Assembly (NCBI GenBank): GCA_965249575.1
Contig: OZ252244.1
Coordinates: 1,046,434-1,110,433 of the forward strand
Reading direction: 5' to 3'
Length of the DNA: 64,000 bases
Source: Gemmatimonadales bacterium
GTDB taxonomy: Bacteria; Gemmatimonadota; Gemmatimonadetes; Gemmatimonadales; GWC2-71-9
Shown here: positions 63,863 to 64,000 of the stretch, piece after piece
Layout of the letters: each line of letters starts with the position of its first letter
How positions within the stretch are numbered: position 1 is the stretch's first letter
Made by a program: the position numbers and the translations under genes
The notes under the pieces: generated by a model
Told to the model about the DNA's origin: nothing
Seen by the model: only the letters and a program-made list of their open reading frames with translations
Databases searched by the model: none

Positions 63863-64000
63863 GAATCTATCCAGCCGTAGCCTCACACAACGTGAGTGAA
63901 GGCTCACTTTGCACGATATCTGGACCTCTCATCATTCCAGAGCTTCTCACGTGTCGATCATAACGGACTATCACATATGGCTTTAGGTAACATCAACTAC

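Overview
High-GC (judged by eye, not computed) chromosomal segment of a diderm bacterium. Positions 1-32 kb are densely packed housekeeping genes: a partial parvulin PPIase, mfd, a DUF58/BatA-type pair, a DUF4384-like gene with an in-frame TAG, and an M28 peptidase. Next comes a translationally coupled operon (lepA, GT9, ROK kinase, PfkB kinase, GHKL ATPase, STAS/DUF4325-like protein, transsulfuration enzyme). It is followed by ftsEX-envC, MerR, pcm, nfo, pckA, an HD hydrolase, PP2C plus a triple-FHA protein, uvrA and a small Wza-like exporter. tRNA-Asn(GTT) at 32115-32190 is followed by an ~11.2 kb island bounded by an exact 19-bp direct repeat of the tRNA 3' end (32169-32187 / 43331-43349). 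The island carries a decayed DUF2924 + large serine recombinase module, a ParB-like HTH gene, a LexA-DBD-only gene abutting an hsdM remnant, a 1818-aa autotransporter-type adhesin with a near-identical 288-nt internal tandem repeat, and an IS3-family element. Right of the island lie a threonine dehydratase, a repeat lipoprotein, a decayed KS-KR-AT-DH (PKS/FAS-like) operon, uncharacterised genes including a DUF1702-like ORF, a group II PLP decarboxylase, a SnoaL-like protein, an S46 peptidase and a DSD1-type PLP enzyme. The his operon follows (hisG, hisC-HAD fusion, hisB, hisH, hisF, hisA-hisIE fusion; no hisD). It is preceded by a 31-codon His-rich leader ORF and a canonical intrinsic terminator, a candidate attenuator. 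At least eight apparent 1-nt indels, all in short homopolymers, interrupt otherwise recognisable genes, so consensus quality must be checked before calling pseudogenes. I saw no CRISPR array, no rRNA and no complete known defence system. The most unusual items are the his leader/attenuator, the his gene fusions, the GHKL-STAS pair inside the lepA operon and the tRNA-Asn island. All family names come from motif recognition by memory, not from searches.
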